64,000 nucleotides of DNA from Octopus vulgaris. Taxonomy: Eukaryota. The stretch lies in NCBI GenBank assembly GCA_951406725.2, contig OX597837.1:28458001-28522000 (forward strand), written 5' to 3'. The notes under the pieces were generated by a model. It ran no database searches. It was not told the origin of the DNA and saw only the letters and a program-made list of their open reading frames with translations. The position numbers and the translations under genes were made by a program. This document shows positions 1 through 12,743 of the stretch, one piece after another (within the stretch, counting starts at the first letter, position 1; every line of letters begins with the position of its first letter).

Positions 1-830
1 AATCAAGTTTCCATTTCGCTATTGTGATTCACATATAAATTTGTTTTGTGAAGGTATTTTGACATTATCTCTGACCTTTTGTTTAGTATCTCTCTGTTTT
101 GTTGTCATATGAAATTTCTCTTCAATGCATAGTTGAGATTGAAAAAGACTATCTGATGTCAATCTGATCATTTTGTAAAGTATCTGAGAAACTACCACCT
201 GTGTCATCTCTTGTGAAAGGTAGGAGAGTCCAGTTTGCTGGACATTGTTGTAGAGCTGAAAAAGAAGTAATTTCTACTCTTCTCCTCTGGAAGCCATCTG
301 CTCGCAATACCAGAGGGCGCACACTCTCCTACCCTGATGTAATTTCCAGGGATACAGGCATCCAACAACAGGACCTCCGTAATGCTATGATGGACCGTGA
401 AGTCTGGCGTAGCATGGTAAATTCCATTGTCTCGACCACGGTCAAACAATGATGATGAATGATGAAAGTATCTGTATCTGGATAACGCAGTGTTCTTTTC
501 TCTGTCGATTTCGTTAGCATTTTCCATCAAATGGGCGGGTAGCTTTCGTTGTGTAGTTACATTCGGTTTCCTCGAGGTTGTTTAAATTTGTCCTTCGAAT
601 ATTCATCATCATCATACTGCCAATATTTTTCGTGTAACCGTAACTGACAATCAAGCTCTAACTATTTCTGTATAATAAGTCGTAAGCGGAATGTCCGTTT
701 TATAAGGGCAAAGAGAATTTTAGTTAGTTTTGATTCTACATTTTGGAAGGATGGGTTAAAAATATTATAAATACTTTTTCTATCTTTGCTCCTCATTCGT
801 TTCCTTTTCTTGTCTTTTTCTTTTGTAAGG
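1..830 (-). pseudogene. Decayed Penelope-like element (RT/endonuclease linker plus partial GIY-YIG), interrupted by an RTE fragment
   Basis: Minus-strand translation gives, in order, NIFNPSFQNVESKLTKILF, LIVSYGYTKNIGSMM, ECNYTTKATRPFDGKC* and QLCIEEKFHM. These match the Penelope motifs WFNPPFS, ISYSCTxN, CNC..CPLDGKC and CxLCLEEK. Stops and indels are present. Confidence 0.65.
187..464 (+). mobile_element. 5'-truncated RTE-group LINE 3' end with (TGA)n tail
   Basis: Encodes RRVQFAGHCCR...MMDREVWRSMV* and ends in tgatgatgaatgatg. Flanked by a 10-bp TSD AAAGTATCTG (177-186 and 465-474). Near-identical to 6570-6845. Confidence 0.85.
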
Positions 831-840
831 CATGTTGCTT

Positions 841-893
841 TTTTTTATCTAGTTTCAGCTCACGAGCTGTGGCCATGCTGGGGCACCGCCATT
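841..893 (-). mobile_element. Very short LINE 3'-tail fragment
   Basis: Reverse complement of 23078-23135 (ggcggtgccccagcatggccacagctcgtgagctgaaactagataaaa). The same tail follows the LINE ORF remnant at 34440-34710. Confidence 0.6.
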
Positions 894-929
894 TAAACTC
901 GCTAATGTCTTTTGAATTATTATAACATT

Positions 930-1250
930 TTTATTTATTTATGCACCCTTTTCAAGCCTAGCCAGGCTCATGGGCCCGGTTTCCCGGTTTCTGTGGCGTA
1001 TGTCTCCCACCCACCCCAGCTGGACGGGACGCCAGTCCATCGCAGCGTTACTCAAGAAACAGGAAGAGGGAGTGAGAGAAGGTTGTGGCGAGAGAGTACA
1101 ATAGGGGTCGCCACCACACCCTGCCGGAGCCTCATGGAGCTTTTAGGTGTTTTCGCTCAATAATCACACACAACGCCCGGTCTGGGGATCGAAACCGCGA
1201 TCCTCCGACCGCGAGTTCGCTGCCCTAACCACTGGGCCATTGAGCCTCCA
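930..1250 (-). mobile_element. tRNA-derived SINE, family B head with V-domain-like 3' module
   Basis: Head tggaggctcaatggcccagtggttagggcagcg with B-box ggtttcgatccc. Contains ctgcgatggactggcgtcccgtccag. TSD-like attattataaca on both sides. Confidence 0.8.
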
Positions 1251-1298
1251 TTATTATAACATAACTTTCAGATTTATTGAAGACTACCTTATCTAAGA

Positions 1299-2477
1299 CT
1301 AGCAGTATCGCCCGGCGTTGCTCGGGTTTGTAAGGGAAATAACTATATAAGCATTTTTAGGGATGTAAAGTATAATAGCCATCTCAATATGGCTAACCAC
1401 AAAGGTGGGTGTTACGGTAACTTTTTACGTTCTGAGATTTAATAATACATTTTTAGAGAGTTACTTCCCTTATATAATAGCAAAACAATGCATTACAAAT
1501 GGGAAAAAATGATGGTATTTTTTTTTTAATCGTAGACTCATCGTAGACGCGCGCTAATACCCAGAAGGGCTCGATATGAATCACGACTATAAGATACCCG
1601 CTTTTGGTTAAACTGCACTGCAAAATGTGGGAGTAGTTAGGAATCTAAATCGTAGGAGACAGACACACAACTTGACTTTTATATATAACTAGCAGTATCG
1701 CCCGGCGTTGCCCCGGGTTTGTAAGGGAAATAACTATATAAGCATTTTTAGGGATGTAAAGTATAATAGCCATCTCAATATGGCTAACCACAAAGGTGGG
1801 TGTTACGGTAACTTTTTACGTTCTGAGATTTAATAATACATTTTTAGAGAGTTACTTCCCTTATATAATAGCAAAACAATGCATTACAAATGGGAAAAAA
1901 TGATGGTATTTTTTTTTTAATCGTAGACTCATCGTAGACGCGCGCTAATACCCAGAAGGGCTCGATATGAATCACGACTATAAGATACCCGCTTTTGGTT
2001 AAACTGCACTGCAAAATGTGGGAGTAGTTAGGAATCTAAATCGTAGGAGACAGACACACAACTTGACTTTTATATATAACTAGCAGTATCGCCCGGCGTT
2101 GCTCGGGTTTGTAAGGGAAATAACTATATAAGCATTTTTAGGGATGTAAAGTATAATAGCCATCTCAATATGGCTAACCACAAAGGTGGGTGTTACGGTA
2201 ACTTTTTACGTTCTGAGATTTAATAATACATTTTTAGAGAGTTACTTCCCTTATATAATAGCAAAACAATGCATTACAAATGGGAAAAAATGATGGTATT
2301 TTTTTTTTTAATCGTAGACTCATCGTAGACGCGCGCTAATACCCAGAAGGGCTCGATATGAATCACGACTATAAGATACCCGCTTTTGGTTAAACTGCAC
2401 TGCAAAATGTGGGAGTAGTTAGGAATCTAAATCGTAGGAGACAGACAGACACACAACTTGACTTTTATATATAAAGA
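1299..2477 (-). mobile_element. Non-autonomous Helitron, three head-to-tail ~390-bp units
   Basis: Minus strand starts A|TC (2477) and ends CTAG|T (1299), with subterminal hairpin cccgagcaacgccggg and no TSD. Units start at 1299, 1689 and 2080. Confidence 0.85.
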
Positions 2478-2984
2478 TTATACTGGATGCTCTTTCACTA
2501 ATATAATGAGCAAATGTTTATTATGTTGGGAGGCTGAATAGAATTATATTGTTTTGAGTCAAAAGTTTTGCAATGTTTTGGTATCTTATTTGCTTTATTC
2601 GTTAATTTGCAACAAACGTAGCCTAGCACTCACACACACACATACACACATACAATACACACACACACACATACACAAACACACACGAACGATGCGTTTC
2701 TTTTAGTTTCTGTCTACTAAATCCACTTACAGAGCTTGTTCTTACGTGTTTGCTATGAACTTTTACCCTTATCTTAATTAGCGGTCATTCGAATTAGCGC
2801 TTTTGTATAAGTAGCGGACTATAACACATTAATTTCCCTTTGTATAACGGTCTTCTTTCATAGCGTTTTTCAGATGGACAGATAACCGAAGAGATGGTGG
2901 TGTGGATTTCCACCTCAGCATCCGAAACTCAGAGGTTTATCTTGGCTACCGAAGCTACAGTAGAAAAAACTTGTCCAAGAAACT

Positions 2985-3150
2985 TGCCCAAGTCAACTTT
3001 CTGCCGCTTACTTGACCCCACACTGACACCAATTCTTCTCCTTCAAGACGAAGAACTCCGTCACTGAAGCTTCCACCCACTCCCCTTTGTTGATGAAACA
3101 TTGCAAGCGCAGGAAGTGAGCCATGGATCTGAGCAAGTAATAATCCGGGG
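2985..3150 (-). pseudogene. mariner transposase C-terminal fragment (inverted copy)
   Basis: PPDYYLLRSMAHFLRLQCFINKGEWVEASVTEFFVLKEKNWCQCGVK, homologous to the plus-strand copy at 4460-4650. Confidence 0.75.
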
Positions 3151-4655
3151 GGTGGGATATTTTTCTGCATTCCCAGCATGCATAAGAAGTGGTCAAGCAA
3201 GCACCAGCTTCCGGAACCTGTCGCCAAACATAGGTGTTTCGAACACAAGGGGATGCTCCGTATCAGTTGAACCACCGATGCCAACCTGTACTCTGAACAG
3301 CTGGAGCAGACGTTTGCCATTTGTGCAGCGAAAATACCTGGCATTGGTTAACAGAAAGTGAGTCCTTCTGCAAGACAACGCAAGACCTCACACAGATTGA
3401 ACGACCCAGGATAAACCCCAGGAAGTTGAGGGAATTGTTTGCCATTGTTCGGCAAAAATACCCGGCATTTGTTAACAAAAAGCTAGTTTTTCTACAAGTC
3501 AACGCAAGACCTCACACCGCTTGAACGACCCAACACAAACCCCAGGAAGTTGAGGGAATTGTTTGCCATTGTTCGGCAAAAATACCCGGCATTTGTTAAC
3601 AAAAAGCTAGTTCTTCTACAAGTCAACGCAAGACCTCACACCGCTTGAACGACCCAGGATAAACCCCAGGAAGTTGAGAGAATCGTTTGCCATTGTGCGG
3701 CAAAAATACCCGGCACTTGTTAACAGAAAGCGAGTTCTTCTGCAAGACAACGCAAGACCTTACACCGCTTGAACGACCCAGGATAAACCCCAGGAAGTTG
3801 AGGGAATCGTTTGCCATTGTTCGGCAAAAATACCCGGCATTTGTTAACAAAAAGCTAGTTCTTCTACAAGTCAACGCAAGACCTCACACCGCTTGAACGA
3901 CCCAGGATAAACCCCAGGAAGTTGAGGGAATCGTTTGCCATTGTTCGGCAAAAATACCCGGCATTTGTTAACAAAAAGCTAGTTCTTCTACAAGTCAACG
4001 CAAGACCTCACACCGCTTGAACGACCCAAAATAAACCCCAGGAAGTTGAGGGAATCGTTTGTCATTGTGCGGCAAAAATACCCGGCATTTGTTAACAAAA
4101 AGCTAGTTCTTCTACAAGTCAACGCAAGACCTCACACCGCTTGAATGACCCAGGATAAACCCCAGGAAGTTGAGGGAATCGTTTGCCATTGTGCGGCAAA
4201 AATACCCGGCATTGGTTAACAAAAAGCTAGTTCTTCTACAAGTCAACGCAAGACCTCACACCGCTTGAACGACCCAAGATAAACCCCAGGAAGTTGAGGG
4301 AATCGTTTGCCATTGTGCGGCAAAAATACCCGGCATTTGTTAACAAAAAGCGAATTCTTTTGCAAGACAACGCAAGACCTCACACCGCTTGAACGACCCA
4401 GGATAAACCCCAGGAAGTTGAGGGAATCGAACATATACCACACCCAGCATATAATCCGGACCTAGCTCTCTCAAATTATCACTCGTTCCGATCCATGGGT
4501 CACTTCCGGCGCTCACAATGCTCCATCAATCAAGTGGAGGTGGAAGCTTTAGTGAAGGGGTTCTTCGCCTTGAAGGACAAGAACTGATATCAACGTGGAA
4601 CCAAAGAACTAATAGAAAGGCAACTTCAGACGGTGCAACACGATGGCCTCCAAAT
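3151..4655 (+). pseudogene. Decayed mariner (DD34D-type) transposase containing a tandem array
   Basis: Motifs TTDANLYSEQLE, KYPAFVNKK.VLLQ.NARPHTA, HIPHPAYNPDLALSNYHSFRSMGHF and FFALKDKN*YQRG match mariner HDNARPH and YSPDLAPSDY. Frameshifts and stops are present. Confidence 0.85.
3311..4428 (+). repeat. Tandem array, 9 x 124 bp, derived from mariner transposase sequence
   Basis: The anchor aacgcaagacc recurs at 3377, 3501, 3625, 3749, 3873, 3997, 4121, 4245 and 4369. Confidence 0.95.
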
Positions 4656-4660
4656 GAATA

Positions 4661-5052
4661 GTGGAGGTGCAATGGTTAGGTCAGTGGTTAGGTCAGCGGA
4701 ATCGCGGTCGTAGGATCGTGGTTTCGATTCCCAGACCGGGCGTTGTGAGTGTTTATTGAGCGAAAACACCTAAAAAGCTCCACGAGGCTCCGGCAGGGGA
4801 TGGTGGTGATCCCTGCTGTACTCTTTCGCCACAACTTTCTCTCACTCTTACTTCCTGTTTCTGTTGTACCTGTATTTCAATGGGCCGGTCTTGTCACTCT
4901 CTGTGTCACGCTGAATATCCCCGAGAACTACGTTAAGGGTACACGTGTCTGTGGAGTGCTCAACCACTTACACGTTAATTTCACGAGCAGGCTGTTCCAT
5001 TGATTCGGATCAACCGGAACCCTCGTCGTCGTAACCAATGGAGTGCTTCCAT
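4661..5052 (+). mobile_element. tRNA-derived SINE family B
   Basis: gtggaggtgcaatgg head with A/B boxes, tail ggaaccctcgtcgtcgtaacc, TSD caaatgaata. Confidence 0.85.
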
Positions 5053-5192
5053 AGCAAATGAATAAAGCAAACAATTTACGAAAAATATTGCAAAATTATT
5101 GATTCAACAAAACATCTTGATCTTCATTCCGCTTTTATATCGTTGATATTCAGTAGTTTTATGTCTAATCTTATATCAAAGAATCTGACTAT

Positions 5193-5720
5193 GCGCAAGA
5201 GTGGCTGTGTGGTAAGAAGTTTGCTAACCAACCACATGGTTCCGGGTTCAGTCCCACTGTGTGGCACCATGGGAAAGTGCCTTCTGCTATAGCCCCGGGC
5301 CGACCAATGCCTTGTGAGTGGATTTGGTAGACGGAAACTGAAAGAAGCCTATATAGGTGCAGGAGTGGCTGTGTGGTAAGTAGCTTGCTAACCAACCACA
5401 TGGTTCCGGGTTCAATCCCACTGCGTGGCATCTTGGGCAAGTGTCTTCTGCTATAGCCTCGGGCCAACCAAAGCCTTGTGAGTGGATTTGGTAGACGGAA
5501 ACTGAAAGAAGCCTGTCGTATATATGTATATATATATATGTATGTATGTATGTGTGTGTATATGTTTGGGTTTGTCTCCCTAGCATTGCTTGACAACCGA
5601 TGCTGGTGTGTTTACGTCCCCGTCACTTAGCGGTTCGGCAAAAGAGACCGATAGAATAAGTACTGGGCTTACAAAGAATAAGTCTCGGGGTCGATTTGCT
5701 CGACTAAAGGCGGTGCTCCG
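5193..5720 (+). mobile_element. tRNA-derived SINE family C (duplicated head, 3'-truncated)
   Basis: gagtggctgtgtggtaag...ggttccgggttcagtcccactg head occurs twice, followed by internal (TA)/(TG) and the family body. Confidence 0.8.
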
Positions 5721-5749
5721 CTGACCTAACCACTGGGCCATTGCGCCTC

Positions 5750-5790
<41 letters not shown>

Positions 5791-5793
<3 letters not shown>

Positions 5794-6160
5794 GAGGCGC
5801 AATGGCCCAGTGGTGCGGTCATAGGATCGCGGTTTCGATTCCCAGACTGGGCATTGTGAGTGTTTATTGAGCGAGAACACCTAAAGCTCCACGAGGCTCC
5901 GGCAGGGGATGGTGGTGATCCCTGCTGTACTCTTTCACCACAACTTTCTCTCACTCTTACTTCCTGTTTCTGTTGTACCTGTATTTCAAGGGGCCGGCCT
6001 TGTCACATTCTGTGTGTCACGCTGAATCTCCCCGAGAACTACGTTAAGGGTACACGTGTCTGTGGAGTGCTCAGCCACTTACACGTTAATTTCACGAGCA
6101 GGCTGTTCCGTTGATTAGGATCAACCGGAACCCTCATCGTCGTAACCGACTGACTGCTTC
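5791..6160 (+). mobile_element. SINE family B
   Basis: Same body and tail as 4661-5052, with a small deletion in the head. Confidence 0.85.
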
Positions 6161-6171
6161 CATATATATAT

Positions 6172-6209
<38 letters not shown>

Positions 6210-6439
6210 CACACACACACACACGATGTAGTGCTGAAGAGTTTCTGGCTTTGAGCAAAAGAAAATACAGGAGGATCAGTTAATAATGATTTTATTAAAC
6301 ATATTCCCCTCTCAGATTCACACAATTATTGGATCAATCCTTCAGTTTTTCTAAGCCTGTAAAAGAACTCGGAAGGTTGGGCCCCCAGCCCAGCCCTTTC
6401 GCGATACCCTTTAAGCCCAGAACCTTTCAGCACACCCTC

Positions 6440-6846
6440 TAATATATGGCTCAGAAACCTGGACGTTATCAAAGAAGCTTGAGAGGCGGTTGGATGGAAC
6501 CTACACTCGCCTCCTTATGAGAGCTCAAAATCTCTCGTGGAAGCGTCATCCAACCAAAATGCAAATATATGGGAAACTACCACCTGTGTCATCTCTTGTG
6601 AAAGGTAGGAGAGTCCAGTTTGCTGGACATTGTTGTAGAGCTGAAAAAGAAGTAATTTCTACTCTTCTCCTCTGGAAGCCATCTACTCGCAATACCAGAG
6701 GGCGCACACTCTCCTACCCTGATGTAATCTCCAGGGATACAGGCATCCAACAACAGGACCTCCGTAATGCCATGATGGACCGTGAAGTCTGGCGTAGCAT
6801 GGTAAATTCCATTGTCTCGACCACGATCGAACAATGATGATGATGA

Positions 6847-6847
<1 letters not shown>
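6440..6847 (+). mobile_element. 5'-truncated RTE-group LINE 3' end
   Basis: ORF LERRLDGTYTRLLMRAQNLSWKRHPTK...RRVQFAGHCCR...DREVWRSMV followed by a (TGA)n tail. Confidence 0.85.
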
Positions 6848-6918
<71 letters not shown>

Positions 6919-7082
6919 GCGTGATGTGTGCATGTGTAGACAGACACAGAGACAATTCACATCAGGCGTTAGGTATCAAAGATACATGAAGGTAACATTG
7001 TACTCGGAATGTTAAGCGTGGGGAGAGATAAAGTGTGTTACGAGTTGCTTGGGGTGGATAGTGTTAAAGTTAAAAAAAGTTA

Positions 7083-7646
7083 GGATCTTTTCGGTTTGAA
7101 CGGAAGTTTTTTAGAAAATTTTCCACGTAAGTAAACACTTTTAAACTTCGTATACTGGTAGAATGTGTTTATAAAACATCATTTTCTCTTGGCTTTATTG
7201 AGAAAACTCTATGGTTCGTAAGATATTTGTTGTTGTTTTTTTTCTTCAATTTCTGCAATTTCAACCAATCAATGACGTCTATTTGAGGTGAAAACATTCT
7301 GTACCGTATGAATATGTCCCTCGTTTAAGAAACAGATTGGGTTTATTTACATTTGTGAAGAAAAAAGATATTGTAAGATATTTGTTGTTTTTTTCTTCAA
7401 TTTCTGTAATTTCAACCAATCAATGACGTCTATTTGAGCTGAAAACATTCTGTACCGTATGAATATGTCCCTCGTTTAAGAAACAGATTGGGTTTATTTA
7501 CATTTGTGAAGAAAAAAGATACCCTTCCCCCACCCCTAACCCTAAAATAGATTGAAATGCAATAAATTGATACTAGGGTCATAATTATGGATGACAATTT
7601 CATATGACACCGCTAGAAAAAACTGCCGTTCAAACCGAAAAGATCC
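7083..7646. mobile_element. MITE with GG...CC termini and 8-bp TSD (Merlin-like)
   Basis: TIR ggatcttttcggtttgaacgg / ccgttcaaaccgaaaagatcc, TSD AAAAGTTA, an internal ~150-bp direct duplication and ccctaaccctaa. Confidence 0.85.
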
Positions 7647-7829
7647 AAAAGTTAAAATATAAAAGGATCAGTGTCTGGTAGATGAGAGTCATAATCGAAC
7701 ATTGAGTTCTCGAGACATGGCACGGTTAGTGACGGGGTTTCATGCGTGGTACCGACATCAATGAGTTCGGCCGTGGAGCAAGTTCTTTGTGAAGCCCTTG
7801 TATCAAGCATGGTCGAAGGTTTCCAGCGA

Positions 7830-8241
7830 CAAGCTGGCAGAATCGTTAGCACGCCGGTCGAAATACGTAGCCGTATTTCGTCTGCCGTTACGTTCTGAGT
7901 TCAAATTCCGCCGAGGTCGATTTTGCCATTCATTCTTTTGGGATCGATACATTAAGTACCAGTTACGCACTGGAGTCGATGTAATCGACTTAATCCGTTT
8001 GTCTGTCCTTGTTTGTCCCCTCTGTGTTTAGCCCCTTCTGGGTAGTAAAGAAATAGGTATTTCGTCTGCCGTTACGTTCTGAGTTCAAATTCCGCCGAGG
8101 TCGACTTTGCCTTTCATTCTTTTGGGATCGATAGATTAAGTACCAGTTACGCACTGGAGTCGATGCAATCGACTTAATCCGTTTATCTGTCCTTGTTTGT
8201 CCCCTCTGTGTTTAGCCCCTTGTGGGTAGTAAAGAAATAGG
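7830..8241 (+). mobile_element. SINE family A (Meta-domain-like), dimer
   Basis: agctggcagaatcgttagc head, B-box gagttcaaattcc and central gccgaggtcgactttgcctttcatc...gtcgat...aagtaccag. Two body units. Confidence 0.85.
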
Positions 8242-8489
8242 TTTCCTTTCATGTGAACGGCTCCCAATTTATGCTGTCGATATTTTGAAGAGTGAATGCT
8301 AAGTGATGGAGAGGATATAAGGTAGCGGCTTCTGGGGTGGATGTGGCAGTTTGGAAGCTTAGGTGGTGATGGCCACTGTGGAGGGAGCGAGGGGGGATTG
8401 TTAACAAATGATATTCATTGTTTACGTGATTAAGAAATGTTATCATACTGGAAGTGAATGCGAGAGGTCGCTTATCAGCAGTTTGAGAG

Positions 8490-11150
<2,661 letters not shown>

Positions 11151-11355
11151 GTATGAGTACACGTGTTCATGTATGTATGTCATGCAAGTATACATTTGCG
11201 TGTGTACAAGCACCAGAACAGCCTGATCCATAATAGCCAAAACAAGGAACAAACAAAAGGGCATGTATGGATTGGTGTGTGTTTATATATGCATATATGC
11301 GTGTATATATATATTCATGTATGCTTGTATTGTCTTGTATGTATGTGTGTTATAG

Positions 11356-11710
11356 TGGAGGTTCAATGGCCCAGTGGTTAGGGCAGCGGACTCGCGGTCA
11401 TAGGATTGCGGTTTCGATTCCCAGACCGGGCGTTGTGAGTGTTTATTGAGCGAAAACACCTAAAGCTCCACGAGGCTCCGGCAGGGGATGGTGGTGATCC
11501 CTGCTGTACTCTTTCACCACAACTTTCTCTCACTCTTACTTCCTGTATCTGTTGTACCTGTACTTCAAAGGGCTGGCCTTGTCACTCTCTGTGTCACGCT
11601 GAATATCCCCGAGAACTACGTTAAGGGTACACGTGTCTGTGGAGTGCTCAGCCACTTACACGTTAATTTCACGAGCAGGCTGATCGGATCAACCGACGGA
11701 GTGCTTCCAT
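11356..11710 (+). mobile_element. SINE family B
   Basis: Head, body and tail match 29321-29705. Confidence 0.85.
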
Positions 11711-11819
11711 CCATGTGTGTTATAATGATTTTATGTGTGTGCGTGTGTTTATGTGTGTGTGTGCGTTTGTGTATTTATATATGTATAGATGCATATGTGT
11801 AAATATATCCATATGGTAA

Positions 11820-12430
11820 GGCGGCGAGCTGGCAGAAACGTTAGCACACCGGCTGAAATGCTCAGTTGTATTTCGTCTGCTGTTAAGTTCTGAGTTCAAA
11901 TTCCGCCGATGTCGGCTTTGCCTTTCATCCTTTCAGGGTCGATTAAATAAGTACGTTTCGCACTGGGGTCGATGTAACCGACTTAATCCCTTTGTCTGTC
12001 CTTGTTTGTCCCCTCTGTGTGTAGCTCCTTGTGGGTAGTAAAGAAATAAGAAACGTTAGCACACCGGGTGAAATGCTTAGCGGTATTTCGTCTGTCTTTA
12101 CGTTCTGAGTTCAAATTCCGCCGAGGTCGACTTTGCCTTTCATCCTTTCAGGGTCGATAAATTAAGTACCTGTTACGCACTGGGGTCGATATAATTGACT
12201 TAATACCTACGTCTGTCCTTGTTTGTCTCCTCTATGTTTAGCCCATTGTGGGTAATAAAGAAGTAGGTATTTCGTCTGTCTTTATGTTCTGAGTTCAAAT
12301 TCCGCCGAGGTCGACTTTGCCTGTCATCCTTTCGAGGTCGATAAATTAAGTACCAGTTGCATATTGAGTCGATCTAATCGACTGACCCTCTCCCCCACAA
12401 TTTCGGGCCTTGTGGCTAAAGTAAGAAAGA
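11820..12430 (+). mobile_element. SINE family A multimer
   Basis: Three Meta-like units showing both junction types. Confidence 0.8.
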
Positions 12431-12441
12431 ATGTATTCATA

Positions 12442-12485
<44 letters not shown>

Positions 12486-12743
12486 GCTACGGTTATTTTG
12501 AAAGTCTATTAATGTGTGTGGCTGCACATGTGACTATGTTTGTAAATTATTTTTAACCTGTGCATTCTACGCATGAATATGTACACGTATTTGCCTATAT
12601 ACACCTGACTGGCTGTAGAAACTAGGTAAATTACTTTTGGGCATGCATGGTTCACGAGACTTTCCACTGCAAACTCCAGCCCTCTGTCCTGCTATGACAT
12701 GGCAAACTCCAACTCTCTGTCCTGCTGGTACGTTCTTGTAAGG

